16,653 bases of DNA from Amoeboradix gromovi X-113 (Eukaryota > Fungi > Sanchytriomycota). Location of the stretch: NCBI GenBank assembly GCA_018985225.1, contig JADGIF010000156.1, forward strand, positions 1-16,653, read 5' to 3'. Under the pieces are notes generated by a model, which had not been told where the DNA came from, ran no database searches, and saw only the letters and a program-made list of their open reading frames with translations. Shown in pieces: positions 15,471 to 16,653 of this stretch (the stretch's first letter is position 1; every line of letters begins with the position of its first letter). Both the position numbers and the translations under genes were made by a program.

Positions 15471-16124
15471 TCATCCACAACAACTTTTTTGCTGTGCATC
15501 CTGTGAAGGAGTTAGGTTGATAGCATCTCCTTTAGATGGCGCCACTCCTGACCCACTCTCAAGTTGTTTCTTTGAGGCGTTTCGATATATTTCTAAGTTA
15601 GTTAATAGTGAACCTGTAAGAATCTTTTGGAAAGCTTGCTCGACATTTGTAGAGTCCAGAGCACTAGTTTCAATAAACATTGTATTGTTATCTGTGGCAT
15701 ACTGTTTGGCTTCCTCTGTTGGTACTGCTCTTAAATGTCTTAAATCCGACTTATTACCAACCAGCATAATGACAATGTTGTTATCTGCATGGTCTCTTAG
15801 CTCCTTGAGCCACCTGTTCACATTTTCGTATGTATTGTGCTTTGCAATATCATAAACAAGTAGAGCGCCTACAGCACCTCTGTAATAAGCACTGGTAATC
15901 GCTCTATATCGTTCCTGTCCGGCGGTATCCCAAATTTGTGCTTTAATCGTCTTTCCGTCTACTTGTATACTTCTAGTAGCAAACTCAACACCAATAGTCG
16001 ACTTGCTTTCCATGTTGAACTCATTACGTGTAAACCTGGAGAGCAAGTTGGATTTACCAACCCCGCTATCTCCAATTAATACTACTTTAAATAAAAAGTC
16101 ATATTCGTCTTCGGCTTTTGACAT
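15471..16124 (-). CDS. RAB11: Rab11/Ypt3 family small GTPase, two exons (16124-15614, 15592-15471)
   Basis: [58 protein letters not shown] and C-terminal CC. ATG at 16124 (16139 is GTG). Confidence 0.97.
   Translation of the reverse strand: MSKAEDEYDFLFKVVLIGDSGVGKSNLLSRFTRNEFNMESKSTIGVEFATRSIQVDGKTIKAQIWDTAGQERYRAITSAYYRGAVGALLVYDIAKHNTYENVNRWLKELRDHADNNIVIMLVGNKSDLRHLRAVPTEEAKQYATDNNTMFIETSALDSTNVEQAFQKILTGSLLTNLEIYRNASKKQLESGSGVAPSKGDAINLTPSQDAQQKSCCG
15593..15613 (-). other. 21-nt in-frame spliceosomal intron
   Basis: CAG|GTTCACTATTAACTAACTTAG|AA with a perfect CTAAC. Removal converts [14 protein letters not shown] to the conserved Rab11 ILTEIYR. Confidence 0.9.
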
Positions 16125-16486
16125 GATGCGATGTTTCACTTGATTTATTTTAAATTAAAAAACTAACCAGATCATTCGTCAGTTTTTTAATTCATGGAAC
16201 AAATCTTCGAAGAAAGATTTTAAAGAGTTAGAAGTAATATCAGGCTGCAGTCTTCAGGAGAAAGGTATTAGCATTTACAGTGTCTCGATTTTAAATTTCA
16301 CCATTGCATATCACCCTTTATCCAACGAAAGCATGTAAATCTAAACAATTTTATCAGCTATTGAAACCAAGTTCAGAGAAAGCTCGTTTGTTTCGCTAAT
16401 ATTTTAAGCCATATATCCGTGTCTAAAAATAAGTTGAAGTGATCATTAGCACAGTTGTCTAGATTGTAGGATCCCTAGAAAGCATA

Positions 16487-16653
16487 TGGGACATCAAATA
16501 TAAAAAGTAGACTAACTTTCTGAAGCAACTTGGAACATTATTTCAGCTTTATTAATTTTATGGACTTACAGGCGAGTGGACACTCAGCTAGTTGAGGAGT
16601 TGATGAGTATGAAAGGAAAATAAATAACTTTTTGTATCGAAATTTCAAAATAA
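16487..16653 (+). mobile_element. MITE copy D (partial, cut by window end), starts TA|TGGGAC TIR
   Basis: TA|TGGGACATCAAATATAAAAAGTAGACTAACT...; reverse complement of about 4357-4518. Confidence 0.9.

Noticed and set aside
15448-15855. Antisense or overlapping ORFs in the track (also 871-1074, 1147-1341, 2159-2719, 4701-4967, 6144-6806, 8603-8857, 10084-10569, 11490-11954, 12782-13759)
   Set aside because: Shadows of well-supported genes on the other strand or frame, mostly with non-ATG starts and no motifs.
1-16653. Reassigned stop codons (TAR=Gln), CRISPR arrays, tRNA/rRNA or prokaryotic operons
   Set aside because: Conserved proteins end at TAA or TGA at the expected positions with no internal stops. 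No repeat-spacer array, cloverleaf or rRNA sequence was seen, and the gene content is eukaryotic.

Overview
AT-rich, very gene-dense eukaryotic DNA in the standard genetic code (TAA, TAG and TGA all act as stops). It is most likely from a reduced early-diverging fungus or fungal relative; that placement is an inference. It carries 15 protein-coding genes: RPL9, AIP1/WDR1, a small secreted Cys-rich protein, a tyrosinase with a GPI-like tail, an orphan 7-TM protein, a Nup85-like nucleoporin, RPL36, a probable conserved fungal hypothetical protein, two tandem divergent eIF4E genes, an AVT1-like amino-acid transporter, BRAP2/ETP1, a FAM177-like protein, a DM13-like surface protein and Rab11/Ypt3. 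Three features are not visible in the ORF track. (1) Three ultra-short GT-AG introns (19, 19 and 21 nt) share a fused branch-point/acceptor, YTVAY-TYAG. (2) Four copies of a ~410-510 bp MITE with 31-bp TIRs are present; two are cut by the window edges and one abuts a start codon. (3) Near 340-535 on the minus strand there is a decayed TnpB/Fanzor-like C-terminal motif (CxxC..NRDHMAARNI) followed by a GC-rich hairpin cluster, a candidate Fanzor 'ghost' or omega-RNA locus.
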